Assembly (NCBI GenBank): GCA_963840855.1
Contig: CAWJBB010000080.1
Span: 1-64,000 of the forward strand
Origin: an uncultured delta proteobacterium
Lineage (GTDB): Bacteria; Desulfobacterota; Binatia; UBA9968
Length of the DNA stretch: 64,000 nt
Direction: 5' to 3'
The number at the start of each line of letters is the position of its first letter. Within the stretch, counting starts at the first letter, position 1. Below the pieces are notes generated by a model that saw only the letters and a program-made list of their open reading frames with translations, did no database searches and was not told the origin of the DNA. Positions 29,623 through 39,936 of the stretch are shown piece by piece. A program made the position numbers and the translations under genes.

Positions 29623-32094
29623 TCAAAATCTGATTACGCCTTTCCTCTCACTTTTGTACCCTCGATAACGAATGCTAGCGCCGTCGGATTCGACGATGAT
29701 CGCGCCGTCACGGTCCGTGCGCAATACAATAGCGCCACCGGCGCTATAGCGCTCGCTCACTTCGTCGCGCTGGCCTTCCAAGCGGCCGCGCGCGCCGGCG
29801 GAGATTATCGCCAGTCTGGGCCGTAGCGCTGCGACAAATTCCGAGCTGCTCGCGCTTGCGCTGCCGTGGCGCGGGACCTTCAGCACGCCGCCCGGCGGCA
29901 ATACCTTACTCTGCAATAAGATCGCTTCTTGGCGTTTATCGATATCGCCGGCAAATAGATAGCGCAGCTTGCCATGTTCCAAGAGAAGCACTACGGAACC
30001 ATCGTCGCCATTGCCGGCTGGCGCAGACACAACGCAGAATGATATTGTGTCAATGGCGCGGCACGGCTCGCCCGCTGTGAGCGATCGCCGTGGAATTTTC
30101 GCCTGTGCCAGCGCCTCCTCCAAATCCTCAAAACGCCCGGCTTTCCCGCGCCCGTCTCCGGACCAGAACTCGGTGGGCGAAAACTCCGCGGCGATGGCGC
30201 GCATGCCGCCATAGTGGTCGATGCGCGGATGTGTAACTGCCAGATAATCAACCTTGAGAATTTTCCGGGCGCGCAAGAATGGCGCGACAATGGACTCGCC
30301 GGGGTCGAAGTCGCCGAACGCCGTACCACCGGCATCAAGCAACAAAACCTTCGAACCGGGCAACTCCACCACCGCGGCATCACCCTGGCCAACGTTGAGA
30401 TGCGTGACGCGCAAATTGGCGCGCCGCCAGCGCTCTTGCCACCAATAGTAGCCATCCGCGCAAAGCCCGGTTACGACCAGGACCATAGCGGCGAATACGT
30501 AGCGATTGCGCTTGAGCGTGAAGAGCAGAAGGATTAGCGAGTACAGCCCGATGACTTCCCAGGCATTGGGCGCGGGCACACCGATATTGGCGAAGGGCAG
30601 TCTGGCGAGCCAATCCACCAACCAAAGGGTCAACGTGAGTAATTTATCCGTGAGCCAAACGAGAGACGGCGCCGCTTGCGGCGCGACCACCGCCAAAAAA
30701 CCAACCAGCAAGCCGATGGGCACGACGATAAACCCTATCAGTGGGACGATCAGCGGATTTGCCACGAAGCCAGCGAGGGAAAGATGACCGAAGTAGTGCG
30801 CTATCAAGGGGCCAGTGCCGAGGGTGGCGAGCAGCGGCACCATAAAATGCGGCGCGGCCTGGCGCAACTTCTCCCGCAGCCATCTTCTCTCCTGCGGCAA
30901 TTCATCGCGTCTTTTCGGCGCCCGCCGCGCTTGCATTTTGCGCACGCCCCAGACGATGAACAAGACAGCCAAAAACGAAAGTTGAAACGAGATGTCCGCG
31001 ACGACTCCTGGCCAAACCAGCGCGATCAGAAGCGCCGCCAGCGCGAGACTCGTGAATACTTCCTCTTCCCGGTCGAGCAGCACCGCCAGTTGGTAGACGC
31101 CGATCATGATCGCCGACCGCACAGTTGGCACCATTGCGCCGGCCAGCGCCGTGTAGAAGATGACAGCGAGGAAAGAAAAGAAAGCGGCCACTTTTAGTAG
31201 GTTCCACCGCAGCAAACAATACGTGCTCCAGGCGCAGCCAAAGCGGATCAGCGCGAAGACCACCAAGCCCAACATCGCGACGTGCAACCCCGAGATCGAC
31301 AGCACATGGTTCACACCGGCGGCTGTGAAGGCACCGCGCGTCTCTTTGCTGATTTCACCCATGTCGCCGATGACCAGGGCCTTGAGCAGAGCGCCGTGAG
31401 AGGCAGAGAAGTTTTCCTGGATATGGCGGCGAATCGCCCTGCGTAAATCCTCAATGGAACCGCGCAACGCGCCCGATTCGCGCTGCACTAGCTCGACTTC
31501 TTGATCGTTGTCAAGAAACCCGGAAGCGTAAATCTCGCGCCGCGCCAAATAGTTCGCGTAATTGAAGCCGCCGGGATTGCCGCTATCACGGGGCACCACC
31601 GGCCGCACCTTAAAGCGCACCCGGTCGCCGTAGCGCCACTCGCGCCGCGCGGTTCGTATGTTGACGATCAAGTTGCCGCTGATCTCCTCGGCACCGGTGG
31701 GATGCCAGATACTTTGCGTCCGGATAATCCAGCGGCTTCGGTTCGGTAGCTTTTCGGGCTCTTGCAGTAAAGAGCCTTCAACGTAAAGCAGCTCAGCCCG
31801 GTTCATCGCCGCGCGCAAATGATTCGGCGGGAATACCGGCTCCAGTAGCGCCCGGTGCCTGACAAGACCTACGCTAAAGGCAAGCGCGCCAAGAAACAGC
31901 ACCATGCCCCAGCGCCGTGTCTTGGCCGTCAAGCAAAGAAACAACGGCACGATGGCAAGAAATGCCGCGCCGAAGGAAACAGCAGGAGCAAACGGTGCCG
32001 TTGCCTGGCCGATTAGAAGCAGGGCTGTCGGCACGACGAGCCACACTGACGGATGATGAATCAATGAATTAGCAGGCTGCTGAACAAGCCCCAT
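29623..32094 (-). CDS. comEC: DNA internalization competence protein ComEC/Rec2
   Basis: NPGGFNY, HVLSISGLH, SFQLSF, NVGQGDA, C-terminal MBL domain, RTDRDGAI. Confidence 0.95.
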   Translation of the reverse strand: MGLVQQPANSLIHHPSVWLVVPTALLLIGQATAPFAPAVSFGAAFLAIVPLFLCLTAKTRRWGMVLFLGALAFSVGLVRHRALLEPVFPPNHLRAAMNRAELLYVEGSLLQEPEKLPNRSRWIIRTQSIWHPTGAEEISGNLIVNIRTARREWRYGDRVRFKVRPVVPRDSGNPGGFNYANYLARREIYASGFLDNDQEVELVQRESGALRGSIEDLRRAIRRHIQENFSASHGALLKALVIGDMGEISKETRGAFTAAGVNHVLSISGLHVAMLGLVVFALIRFGCAWSTYCLLRWNLLKVAAFFSFLAVIFYTALAGAMVPTVRSAIMIGVYQLAVLLDREEEVFTSLALAALLIALVWPGVVADISFQLSFLAVLFIVWGVRKMQARRAPKRRDELPQERRWLREKLRQAAPHFMVPLLATLGTGPLIAHYFGHLSLAGFVANPLIVPLIGFIVVPIGLLVGFLAVVAPQAAPSLVWLTDKLLTLTLWLVDWLARLPFANIGVPAPNAWEVIGLYSLILLLFTLKRNRYVFAAMVLVVTGLCADGYYWWQERWRRANLRVTHLNVGQGDAAVVELPGSKVLLLDAGGTAFGDFDPGESIVAPFLRARKILKVDYLAVTHPRIDHYGGMRAIAAEFSPTEFWSGDGRGKAGRFEDLEEALAQAKIPRRSLTAGEPCRAIDTISFCVVSAPAGNGDDGSVVLLLEHGKLRYLFAGDIDKRQEAILLQSKVLPPGGVLKVPRHGSASASSSEFVAALRPRLAIISAGARGRLEGQRDEVSERYSAGGAIVLRTDRDGAIIVESDGASIRYRGYKSERKGVIRF

Positions 32095-32221
32095 GGACGT
32101 GTTGCTGTCTCAATACCCTTTGACGTACGCCTTGCCTGTGAGAACTTTTTGACCCGCCCGCGCAGGTTTTCAGCGATCTGTCAATATTCTCGGGTTTCTG
32201 TGGCGGCGCCACCATGGGCGT

Positions 32222-34069
32222 TCACTGCGACGCCGCTCGCAAGCCATCGAGAATTTCCCGGGCCAACTTTTCGTTGATGGAGGGAACGTTGAGCAGATCT
32301 TCCAAGGTTGCCGATTCGATTCTTTTGATGCTGCCGAAGGCGCGCAGGAGCGCGCGCTTGCGCGTGCCGCCGATTCCCGGTATGCGGTCCAGGGCGGAGA
32401 AAAGGGTCTGGCGCGAACGCAGCTTTCGGTGGTGCGTGATCGCGAAGCGGTGCGCTTCGTCGCGCACCCGCTGGAGCAGGAAAAGCGCGTTGGAGTTGCG
32501 CTTCAAAATCACCGGATTGCTCTGGCCCGGCAGAAAAATCCGTTCTTCGGAACGCTCGATTTCAGCGCTCCGTGGCGCCGCCTGCACGCGCATCTTGGCC
32601 AGCCCTACTACGTCCACCCCAGTAACGCCGACTTCGGCCATCGCCGCCAGGGCCATGGACAGCTGACCTCTGCCGCCGTCGACGACGATCAAGTCCGGTA
32701 AAGCCGCCTCCTCTTTGCCGCGAGCGAAGCGGCGCTTCAGAACTTCGAGCATCATGCCGAAATCGTCGCCGCCGGAGGCCGGGTCGATGGTGCGAATCCG
32801 GTAGTGCCGGTAATACGCCTTGTCGGGCTCACCGTTGATGAAGGTAACCTGGGAGCCCACGGCGTGGGCGCCGTGGATCATCGAGATGTCAAAGCACTCG
32901 ATGCGGCAGGGATACTGTTTGAGGCGCAAGTGCGCCTGCAGGTCGCTGAGCATCTTCTCGCGCGCTTTTTCTTGATCATGCCGTTCGGAGAAGCTCTGGC
33001 GAGCGTTCTCGATCGCCATCTCCACGAGCTGGCGCTTATCACCGCGCTGGGGAGACAAGACGCTGATGCTTTTGCCCTTGCGCTCGCCGAGATACTCTTC
33101 GCGCGCTTCGCCGTCGTCTAACGAGACCGGCAATAGAATTTCGTCTGGGATAAACCGGTGGCCTTGGTAGAACTGGGTTAGCAACGAGCCCATGATTTCT
33201 TCGTCAGGAAACTCGAGGTCCTGAAGCGAATAGGACTGGTTGCCCGTCAATTTTCCCTGCCGGACAAACAGCACCTGGACTTCGATGAAACCGCCTTCGC
33301 GGTAAAGGCCGAAAACATCTTGATCTACGCCCCAGTGGGACACCATGCGCTGCTTCTCAAGGGTTTTTTCCACCGCCTGAACCTGGTCGCGAAGCCGGGC
33401 CGCGGCTTCGAACTCCAGCGACTCGGATTTTTCCTGCATCCGTTGCTTCAGCTCGCGGATCAGCTCCTGATGGCGGCCTTCGATAAACAACATCGCCTGG
33501 CGCACCTGCTCGCGATAGACGTCCGCGGCTACAGGCATAACGCAGGGCGCCATGCAGCGCTTGATCTGGTACTGCAGGCAGGGCCGGCTGCGGTTATTGA
33601 AATTGTGGTCCGTGCAGTTGCGCAGCAGAAAGTGCTTCTCGATGATGTCGATGGTTTCCCTGGCGGCCAGCGCCGAGGCAAACGGGCCGAAGTAGCGGTT
33701 GCCGTCCTTGATGATCTTGCGCGTTGCAAGAATTCTCGGCCAGGGATGCTGCGTGGTGACTTTGATGCTCAGATAGCTCTTGTCGTCTTTGAGCCGGATG
33801 TTGTAGCGCGGCTTGTATTGCTTGATTAAATTATTTTCGAGGATCAGGGCTTCCTTGTCGTTGCTAGTGACCAGCGTTTCGAAATCTTCGATGCGCCGCA
33901 GCAAAAATTCGATCTGAAAGCGTTCATCGGAGCGGTTGAAATAAGCGCGCACGCGGGCGCGCAGGTCCTTCGCCTTGCCGACGTAGATGACCTTGCCGTT
34001 CTTGTCCCGCATCAAATAAACGCCGGGACGGGAGGGAAGGTTAATGAGTTTTTCGGCTATCTCAGTCAT
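32222..34069 (-). CDS. uvrC: Excinuclease ABC subunit C
   Basis: PGVYLM..YVGKAKDL, PRYNIRLKDDK, IECFDIS, DGGRGQ, RDEAHRFA, HhH. Confidence 0.98.
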   Translation of the reverse strand: MTEIAEKLINLPSRPGVYLMRDKNGKVIYVGKAKDLRARVRAYFNRSDERFQIEFLLRRIEDFETLVTSNDKEALILENNLIKQYKPRYNIRLKDDKSYLSIKVTTQHPWPRILATRKIIKDGNRYFGPFASALAARETIDIIEKHFLLRNCTDHNFNNRSRPCLQYQIKRCMAPCVMPVAADVYREQVRQAMLFIEGRHQELIRELKQRMQEKSESLEFEAAARLRDQVQAVEKTLEKQRMVSHWGVDQDVFGLYREGGFIEVQVLFVRQGKLTGNQSYSLQDLEFPDEEIMGSLLTQFYQGHRFIPDEILLPVSLDDGEAREEYLGERKGKSISVLSPQRGDKRQLVEMAIENARQSFSERHDQEKAREKMLSDLQAHLRLKQYPCRIECFDISMIHGAHAVGSQVTFINGEPDKAYYRHYRIRTIDPASGGDDFGMMLEVLKRRFARGKEEAALPDLIVVDGGRGQLSMALAAMAEVGVTGVDVVGLAKMRVQAAPRSAEIERSEERIFLPGQSNPVILKRNSNALFLLQRVRDEAHRFAITHHRKLRSRQTLFSALDRIPGIGGTRKRALLRAFGSIKRIESATLEDLLNVPSINEKLAREILDGLRAASQ

Positions 34070-34107
34070 CAGAACATTCTAGCAGCTTGGATGATCTATA
34101 AGCTTAG

Positions 34108-34193
34108 GGTTCAACGTTCAAAGTTCAAGGTTCAAGGTATGAAGAATCACGTTCAATCCCCCACGTTGAACTTTGAACCTTGAACATTGAACC
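34108..34193. repeat. Inverted heptamer arrays forming a hairpin between uvrB and uvrC
   Basis: (GTTCAAN)4...GTTCAA...(TTGAACN)4; shares TTGAACCTTGAACATTGAAC with 17631-17650. Confidence 0.9.
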
Positions 34194-34198
34194 GCCTC

Positions 34199-36232
34199 CT
34201 AGCTTTCCGGCGCTGGCATAGCGTCGCGCAGCGTCAGTTCCCGTTGTTCGAGATCACGGATGCGGTCGCGCAGCTCCGCCGCTTTTTCGAATTCAAGCTG
34301 CTCGGCGGCCTGTTTCATCTCCTTCTTGAGCTGGCGGATCACCCGCGGCAACTCCGCCGATCCATACCTGGAGCCCTTTTCCGCCGCCACCGGCACGTCG
34401 TGATAATCCGCCTCGTAAATTTTCACCAGCGGCGAGCCCAGAGATTTTACCACCGTCTGCGGCGTAATACCGTGGTTTTTGTTGAATGCCGCTTGCAGCT
34501 TCCGCCGCCGGCCGGTTTCGTCGATGGCTCGATTCATGGAGTCCGTCCTGCCGTCGGCATATAGAATGACCATGCCGCGCACGTTGCGCGCCGCGCGACC
34601 GATGGTTTGAATCAGTGATCGGTCCGAACGCAAAAATCCCTCTTTGTCCGCGTCGAGGATCGCCACTAGGGACACCTCCGGCAAATCAAGTCCTTCACGC
34701 AGCAGATTGATGCCCACCAGCACGTCAAATTCTCCCGTGCGCAATTGGCGGATGATCTCGACCCGCTCCAACGTTTCGATGTCGGAGTGGAGATAGCGGA
34801 CTTTGACGTTCAAGTCCTGATAGTAGTCGGTCAGGTCTTCGGCCATGCGCTTGGTCAGCGTGGTCACGAGCACGCGCTCCTTGAGCTCGACTCGCTGGCG
34901 AATCTCTTCCAGTAAGTCGTCCACCTGATTGCGCGCGGGGCGCACTACCACTTCGGGGTCCATGAGGCCAGTGGGCCGTATCACCTGTTCGACAACGTCG
35001 CCGCGGCTCTGCTGCATTTCATATTGAGCGGGGGTGGCGGAGACGTAGATTACCTGGCTTACGCTCGCTTCGAATTCGGCAAAATTCAGGGGCCGGTTAT
35101 CGAGAGCGGAGGGCAAGCGGAAACCATATTCGACCAGCGTTTCTTTGCGCGAGCGGTCGCCCCGGTACATGCCGCCGATTTGCGGCACGGTCACATGGCT
35201 TTCATCGATGACCAACAGAAAGTCGCTGGGAAAGTAGCTCAAGAGCGTCGGCGGGGGCTCACCGGGCTTGCGGCCGGTCAGATGCCTGGAATAATTTTCG
35301 ATGCCCGGGCAAAAACCCATTTCTTCGAGCAACTCAAGGTCATACAAGGTGCGCTGCTCCAGGCGTTGGGCTTCCAGCAACTTGGCTTCCGCGCGCAGCT
35401 CGCGCAGCCGTTCGCCAAGCTCTTTGCGAATCTCAACAACCGCTTGCTTCATGCGTTCCTCGCCGGTGACGTAGTGGCTCGCCGGATAGATACACGCCTT
35501 GTCCACGCGCCGCTGGATTTTGCCGCGGATCGGATCGATTTCCCGGATCGTCTCGACGGTATCGTCGAAAAATTCGATGCGCAAAGCCGAGCTGTCTTCG
35601 TAGGCGGGAAAGATTTCCACGATGTCACCGCGGACCCTGAAAGTGCCGCGGTGAAAGTCGTAGTCGCTGCGCTGGTATTGAATATCCACCAGCTTGCGCA
35701 GCATCTGGTCGCGATTGATCACCGTCCCCTCTTCCAGATAAACCATCATATCGAAATAGGCTTCGGGAGAGCCGAGACCATAGATGCACGACACGCTGGC
35801 GACAATCAGGGTATCGCTTCGTTCGAGAAGCGCTTTGGTGGCCGAATGGCGCAGTTTATCGATCTCGTCGTTGATCGACGCGTCTTTCTCGATATAAGTG
35901 TCCGTCGAGGGAACGTAGGCTTCCGGCTGGTAGTAATCATAGTAACTGACGAAGTAGCGAACCGCGTTTTCGGGGAACAGCTCGCTGAATTCATTATAAA
36001 GCTGGGCCGCCAGCGTCTTGTTCGGCGCGATAACCAGGGTCGGCTTGTTTGTCCGGGCGATAACGTTGGCCATCGTAAAGGTCTTGCCGGACCCGGTAAC
36101 GCCCAGCAAGACTTGCTGGCGGCGGTCGCTTTCGATGCCCCGAACCAGCTTTTCGATGGCCTGCGGCTGATCGCCCTGGGGTTTGAAGCCTGTAGTAAGT
36201 CGAAACTGTCCCTGGTCTCGGTGGTGGATCAT
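34199..36232 (-). CDS. uvrB: Excinuclease ABC subunit B
   Basis: [35 protein letters not shown]-terminal UVR. Confidence 0.98.
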   Translation of the reverse strand: MIHHRDQGQFRLTTGFKPQGDQPQAIEKLVRGIESDRRQQVLLGVTGSGKTFTMANVIARTNKPTLVIAPNKTLAAQLYNEFSELFPENAVRYFVSYYDYYQPEAYVPSTDTYIEKDASINDEIDKLRHSATKALLERSDTLIVASVSCIYGLGSPEAYFDMMVYLEEGTVINRDQMLRKLVDIQYQRSDYDFHRGTFRVRGDIVEIFPAYEDSSALRIEFFDDTVETIREIDPIRGKIQRRVDKACIYPASHYVTGEERMKQAVVEIRKELGERLRELRAEAKLLEAQRLEQRTLYDLELLEEMGFCPGIENYSRHLTGRKPGEPPPTLLSYFPSDFLLVIDESHVTVPQIGGMYRGDRSRKETLVEYGFRLPSALDNRPLNFAEFEASVSQVIYVSATPAQYEMQQSRGDVVEQVIRPTGLMDPEVVVRPARNQVDDLLEEIRQRVELKERVLVTTLTKRMAEDLTDYYQDLNVKVRYLHSDIETLERVEIIRQLRTGEFDVLVGINLLREGLDLPEVSLVAILDADKEGFLRSDRSLIQTIGRAARNVRGMVILYADGRTDSMNRAIDETGRRRKLQAAFNKNHGITPQTVVKSLGSPLVKIYEADYHDVPVAAEKGSRYGSAELPRVIRQLKKEMKQAAEQLEFEKAAELRDRIRDLEQRELTLRDAMPAPES

Positions 36233-36303
36233 CGCAAAAAAGATACCAGTGCCGGCTGAGCGGAACAAGCCGGACTATAGCCTGCTAAGAGGCGGGACTA
36301 AAT

Positions 36304-36573
36304 TCAGCTGCGTAATTTCCAGATTCTCGCCAAGCCTTCGGGGCTGACCGTCACCATGCGGCCCGGCTGGCTGAACATGATTTTGGCGGCGGCGGGAGAA
36401 ATTTCCTTGCCGAAAAGACAGTACGAGTTACCGTTGCGTCCGTGGCCGTTGGCCCACCCCGCGAATTCATCCGGCGTGGGCGTATGTCCCAAATCCGCGG
36501 CGCACCGACGCACGATAAAGCCGAGCATCATTTTATTCGGCGGCTGATTTTTCGCGTCCCGCGCGTCCTTCAT
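36304..36573 (-). CDS. Hypothetical protein (89 aa) directly upstream of uvrB
   Basis: Protein-like ORF filling the gap and co-oriented with uvrB; no recognised domain. Confidence 0.6.
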   Translation of the reverse strand: MKDARDAKNQPPNKMMLGFIVRRCAADLGHTPTPDEFAGWANGHGRNGNSYCLFGKEISPAAAKIMFSQPGRMVTVSPEGLARIWKLRS

Positions 36574-36662
36574 GATTGTCTTTTTAAGCAATCTTCTTCT
36601 AGCTTGCAACAAATTGGCCGCCGCTTCTCAAACTTAACAATTGCTGCTACCCTCGAGCATGA

Positions 36663-37220
36663 ATGACCGCCCCGGACTGGCGCCGCTACTTGAAATTTCG
36701 CTGCACCGGCTGCGGCAATTGCTGCCGCAATACCGTGGTCTGCATAACCGACGGCGACATCCGCCGTATCGTCGAAGGCACCGGCAAATCACCCCGCGAT
36801 TTCGTCCGTTTCTACACCCATGATGAAGTCGCGGTGGCGCGCGACGACCAACTCTGGGTCAATTTCGATACCGGCAGATCGGTGATGGGACTGCGGGCGG
36901 TGCGCGACCACTGCATTTTCTTGGACAATGAGACCAATCGCTGCACAATCTACGAGCACCGGCCGCTGACATGCAGAGATCACCCTTTCAGCATCACGTT
37001 TTCGGACACCGATGCCATCGAAAAGATTTCGTTAAGGCGAATCGTCAAATGCCCACATGAATGGGACGGCGACAACTCGCGCCGCGAACTAAAAAGGATC
37101 GCATCGTGGAACGAACGCCAGGAGGAAAGTTACGTCAAGAAGGTCAAAGTGTGGAACCACAAAGAAAGCGGACCGAAAACCAGACCGGAGTTTCTGCGAT
37201 TTCTGGGCTTCGACCTATAA
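36663..37220 (+). CDS. YkgJ family Fe/Zn cysteine-cluster protein
   Basis: CTGCGNCC, CIFL, CTIYEHRPLTCRDHPF. Confidence 0.9.
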   Translation: MTAPDWRRYLKFRCTGCGNCCRNTVVCITDGDIRRIVEGTGKSPRDFVRFYTHDEVAVARDDQLWVNFDTGRSVMGLRAVRDHCIFLDNETNRCTIYEHRPLTCRDHPFSITFSDTDAIEKISLRRIVKCPHEWDGDNSRRELKRIASWNERQEESYVKKVKVWNHKESGPKTRPEFLRFLGFDL

Positions 37221-37231
37221 GGCCAAAAGAA

Positions 37232-37262
37232 AAGACGGGAAGCTTTTTCAGCCACCCGTCTT
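37232..37262. terminator. Hairpin between convergent genes
   Basis: AAGACGGG...CCCGTCTT stem with an A-rich left flank and T-rich right flank. Confidence 0.45.
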
Positions 37263-37318
37263 CTTACCATCTGCTCAAACTGTGCGTGCCCGGTTTCCTG
37301 TTGCCTCGTGGGTAATGC

Positions 37319-38254
37319 CTAATCGATCATGTGCGTCGTCGCCTTGAGGTGCTTATCGATGGTTACGTATCCCTTCCACTGATCGACGAACCAGTAGCGC
37401 ACGCCGAACTCGAAGCGGAGCTCTTTCATATCCCGATCGAAAGGATTGAAGTGCTGGTGGTGCAGCATGCCGGGAGGCACATGGATGGCGTCGCCCTGGT
37501 TCCAGTCGAAACGTTGGCCGCCGATCTCTGAGTAGCCGTCGCCTTCGAGGGCATACAGGTACGCTTCGGGATGGGCGTGGCTGTGGCTCTTGGTGTGCGG
37601 CAGATCGACAAAGATCGAGCTGATCGCCACCCCGGTCGCCTTAAAGCCATTGTCTTTGCCGCTGCGGCCCATCAGGAAGTAGGTCGCGCCATGCTTCGAT
37701 TCATCCGACTTCACATGCTGGCTTTGATGCATCGAAATCCGCCGGCCGTCTTCCGGCCAATTCTGCGACTCTTCTTTTGGCAAGGCCGCTAGAACTTTGG
37801 CATCGTTTTCGCCGCATTCTACCAGCTGTTCCATCTGGCCCATGTAGACATCGGCTTCGAGGTGCCAAGCGAGACCGGAGATATAGCCCACCGGGACCTT
37901 CCCGGTGTTGAAAAGCTGATGTTTGGAGCGATACGGGATATGCAGAATCGTTCCAGGAAAAAACTCGTAGCGCTTATCGTCGAGAATCATGCAGCCTTCG
38001 CCGCTCTCGACATAGATCGCTTCTTCGCCATGGAAATGCTTGCCCGTGTGCCAACCGACGGGAATCTCGGCTCTCATCATGCAGCTGCCACCGGTCGTAA
38101 AACCTAGCTCCGGGGCAATCATCAACGCGGCCTTGTGATCCTGCGGCGTTCGCACCCATTTAAGATCCTTCGCCCGGGTCACACGCGGCGAATCGGCGAC
38201 CTTTTTTTCATTGGCTTTAGAACGCTCCAACCATGCTGTATAAAAATCACTCAT
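37319..38254 (-). CDS. Bicupin protein (gentisate dioxygenase-like fold)
   Basis: Two metal motifs: HFHGEE...H and HAHPEA...HQH. Confidence 0.85.
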   Translation of the reverse strand: MSDFYTAWLERSKANEKKVADSPRVTRAKDLKWVRTPQDHKAALMIAPELGFTTGGSCMMRAEIPVGWHTGKHFHGEEAIYVESGEGCMILDDKRYEFFPGTILHIPYRSKHQLFNTGKVPVGYISGLAWHLEADVYMGQMEQLVECGENDAKVLAALPKEESQNWPEDGRRISMHQSQHVKSDESKHGATYFLMGRSGKDNGFKATGVAISSIFVDLPHTKSHSHAHPEAYLYALEGDGYSEIGGQRFDWNQGDAIHVPPGMLHHQHFNPFDRDMKELRFEFGVRYWFVDQWKGYVTIDKHLKATTHMID

Positions 38255-38358
38255 CCTTCCTCCTATTTGCGTTTTGATATTGCTATTATACATTTTCCTA
38301 ACCAAGGGTCACGCGCTTGTCAAACCGCCGCTCCCTCCCCTTCCCAGTTAACCGAAAT

Positions 38359-39936
38359 TCAGTTCGTCGGAAGACTGGCGGCGATAATATTCTTTTTGAT
38401 TAGAAACTCGCGCGCGACGTCTTTCGCCTGACGCTTCTCCCCGTCCACGGCGTAGTTGAGCTTGCGCATTTCGTCGACCGTCAGAATGCCGGCTAACTCT
38501 TTGAGCAGGCCGCGCAATTTGGGATGTTTTTCCAAGGCTGCTTGGCCCACCACCGGCACGGCGTCATAGGGCGGAAAATACTTTTTATCATCGTCGAGCT
38601 GCACCAATCCATAGCGGCTGATGAGGCCGTCGGTGGAGTTGCCGGCGATGAGGTCGATCTGCTTTTCCGCCAGCGCGCGGTATGTTAAAGATAAATCCAT
38701 CTCTCGTATTTCCTGGAAATGAAAACCATAGGTCCGGGCGAACCCTGGATAGCCATCCGGCCTCGACATGAAATCCTGCCCGAATCCCGCGCGCCACTGC
38801 TGCGACACTCTGGCCGCATCACTCACCGTTTTCAATCCGAGTTTCTGCGCGTCCTCCGCGCGTACTAAAATCGCAAACGTATTGTTAAAGCCGAGCGGCT
38901 CAGTCCACTCAAGATTAAAACGCTTGGCGTATTCGTCTTTGACAATGCGGTAGACTTCCCGGGGATCTTTCAAGGGTTTGCTTTTGAGGATCGACAGCAG
39001 ACCAGTGCCGGTGTATTCGATATAGACGTCGATCTCGCCGGCGATGAGCGCGTCATGCGCAAGGTTGCCGCCCAGATCGAAACGGCGAACGACTTGGGAA
39101 CCCGTCTTCCCTTCGATGGCCTGAGCGAGAATTTCGCCGAGTATAACCTGTTCGGTGAAATCTTTCGATCCGACCGCGACTCGGCCCGAAGTCTCGGCCA
39201 TGAAAAAGTACGACCCGGCGAGAAACAACAAGACGACGGCAGCGCCGGACCAGAGTAGCCTTCTCGATTTTGCCTTGACGGCGCCGCCGAATTGAATGAT
39301 TCGCTCGAGGTAGCCCAATAGTAGATCGGCTACGAGGGCGATGGCCGCCGCCGGGACCGCGCCGGCGAGAATTAAAACGTTGTCGTTGGCGCGCAGGCCG
39401 CGAAAAATATAGCGGCCCAATCCGCCGGCGTCGATAGCGGCGGCGATGGTCGCCGTGCCGACGCAGATGACGGTGGCGACGCGCACCCCGGCAATGATGA
39501 CGCCCAGGGCGAGGGGCAACTCCACTTGAAAAAGCAGTTGCCGGTCGGTCATGCCCATGCCGCGGCCGGCCTCGCGAATGGCCGGATCGACGCCGCTGAT
39601 GCCGGTGAAGGTATTGCGAATGATCGGCAGTAACGAATACAAGACCAGCGCGACGATGGCCGTGCGCGGGCCGATGCCACCGAGAATTTTGACCTCGAAG
39701 AGATAGACGTTGAGGGGAATTAGAAAACCGAACAGCGCCAGGCTCGGCACGGTCTGCATGATATTGGCGAAGCCGAGCACGGGTTTGCTGAGCGCCGGCT
39801 TGCGCGTCAATAGGATGCCCAATGGCACGCCGATCACTACCGCCATGCCGGTGGAGATCGCCACTAGAAACAAGTGCTCGCCGACCAACTCCAAGACTTC
39901 CTGGCGATTGCGCAGCAGAAACTCGAAGAAACTCAC
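38359..39936 (-). CDS. Quaternary-amine ABC transporter, fused permease plus substrate-binding domain (OpuBC/EgtU-like)
   Basis: QTVPSLALFG, EAGRGMGM, GSKDFTEQ, YIEYTGT, FNNTF, DFMSRPDG, YFPPY. Confidence 0.92.
   Translation of the reverse strand: MSFFEFLLRNRQEVLELVGEHLFLVAISTGMAVVIGVPLGILLTRKPALSKPVLGFANIMQTVPSLALFGFLIPLNVYLFEVKILGGIGPRTAIVALVLYSLLPIIRNTFTGISGVDPAIREAGRGMGMTDRQLLFQVELPLALGVIIAGVRVATVICVGTATIAAAIDAGGLGRYIFRGLRANDNVLILAGAVPAAAIALVADLLLGYLERIIQFGGAVKAKSRRLLWSGAAVVLLFLAGSYFFMAETSGRVAVGSKDFTEQVILGEILAQAIEGKTGSQVVRRFDLGGNLAHDALIAGEIDVYIEYTGTGLLSILKSKPLKDPREVYRIVKDEYAKRFNLEWTEPLGFNNTFAILVRAEDAQKLGLKTVSDAARVSQQWRAGFGQDFMSRPDGYPGFARTYGFHFQEIREMDLSLTYRALAEKQIDLIAGNSTDGLISRYGLVQLDDDKKYFPPYDAVPVVGQAALEKHPKLRGLLKELAGILTVDEMRKLNYAVDGEKRQAKDVAREFLIKKNIIAASLPTN

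Noticed and set aside
34108-34193. GTTC/GAAC repeats near uvrBC as LexA boxes
   Set aside because: Spacing fits neither GTTC-N7-GTTC nor GAAC-N4-GTTC, and the same arrays flank non-SOS genes
35024-36259. Long antisense ORFs (also 46021-46857, 50042-50983, 16813-17613)
   Set aside because: Shadows of well-supported genes in GC-rich DNA
38285-38323. TTGACA and TATAAT upstream of the bicupin (minus strand)
   Set aside because: The hexamers are 27 bp apart, too far for one sigma70 promoter
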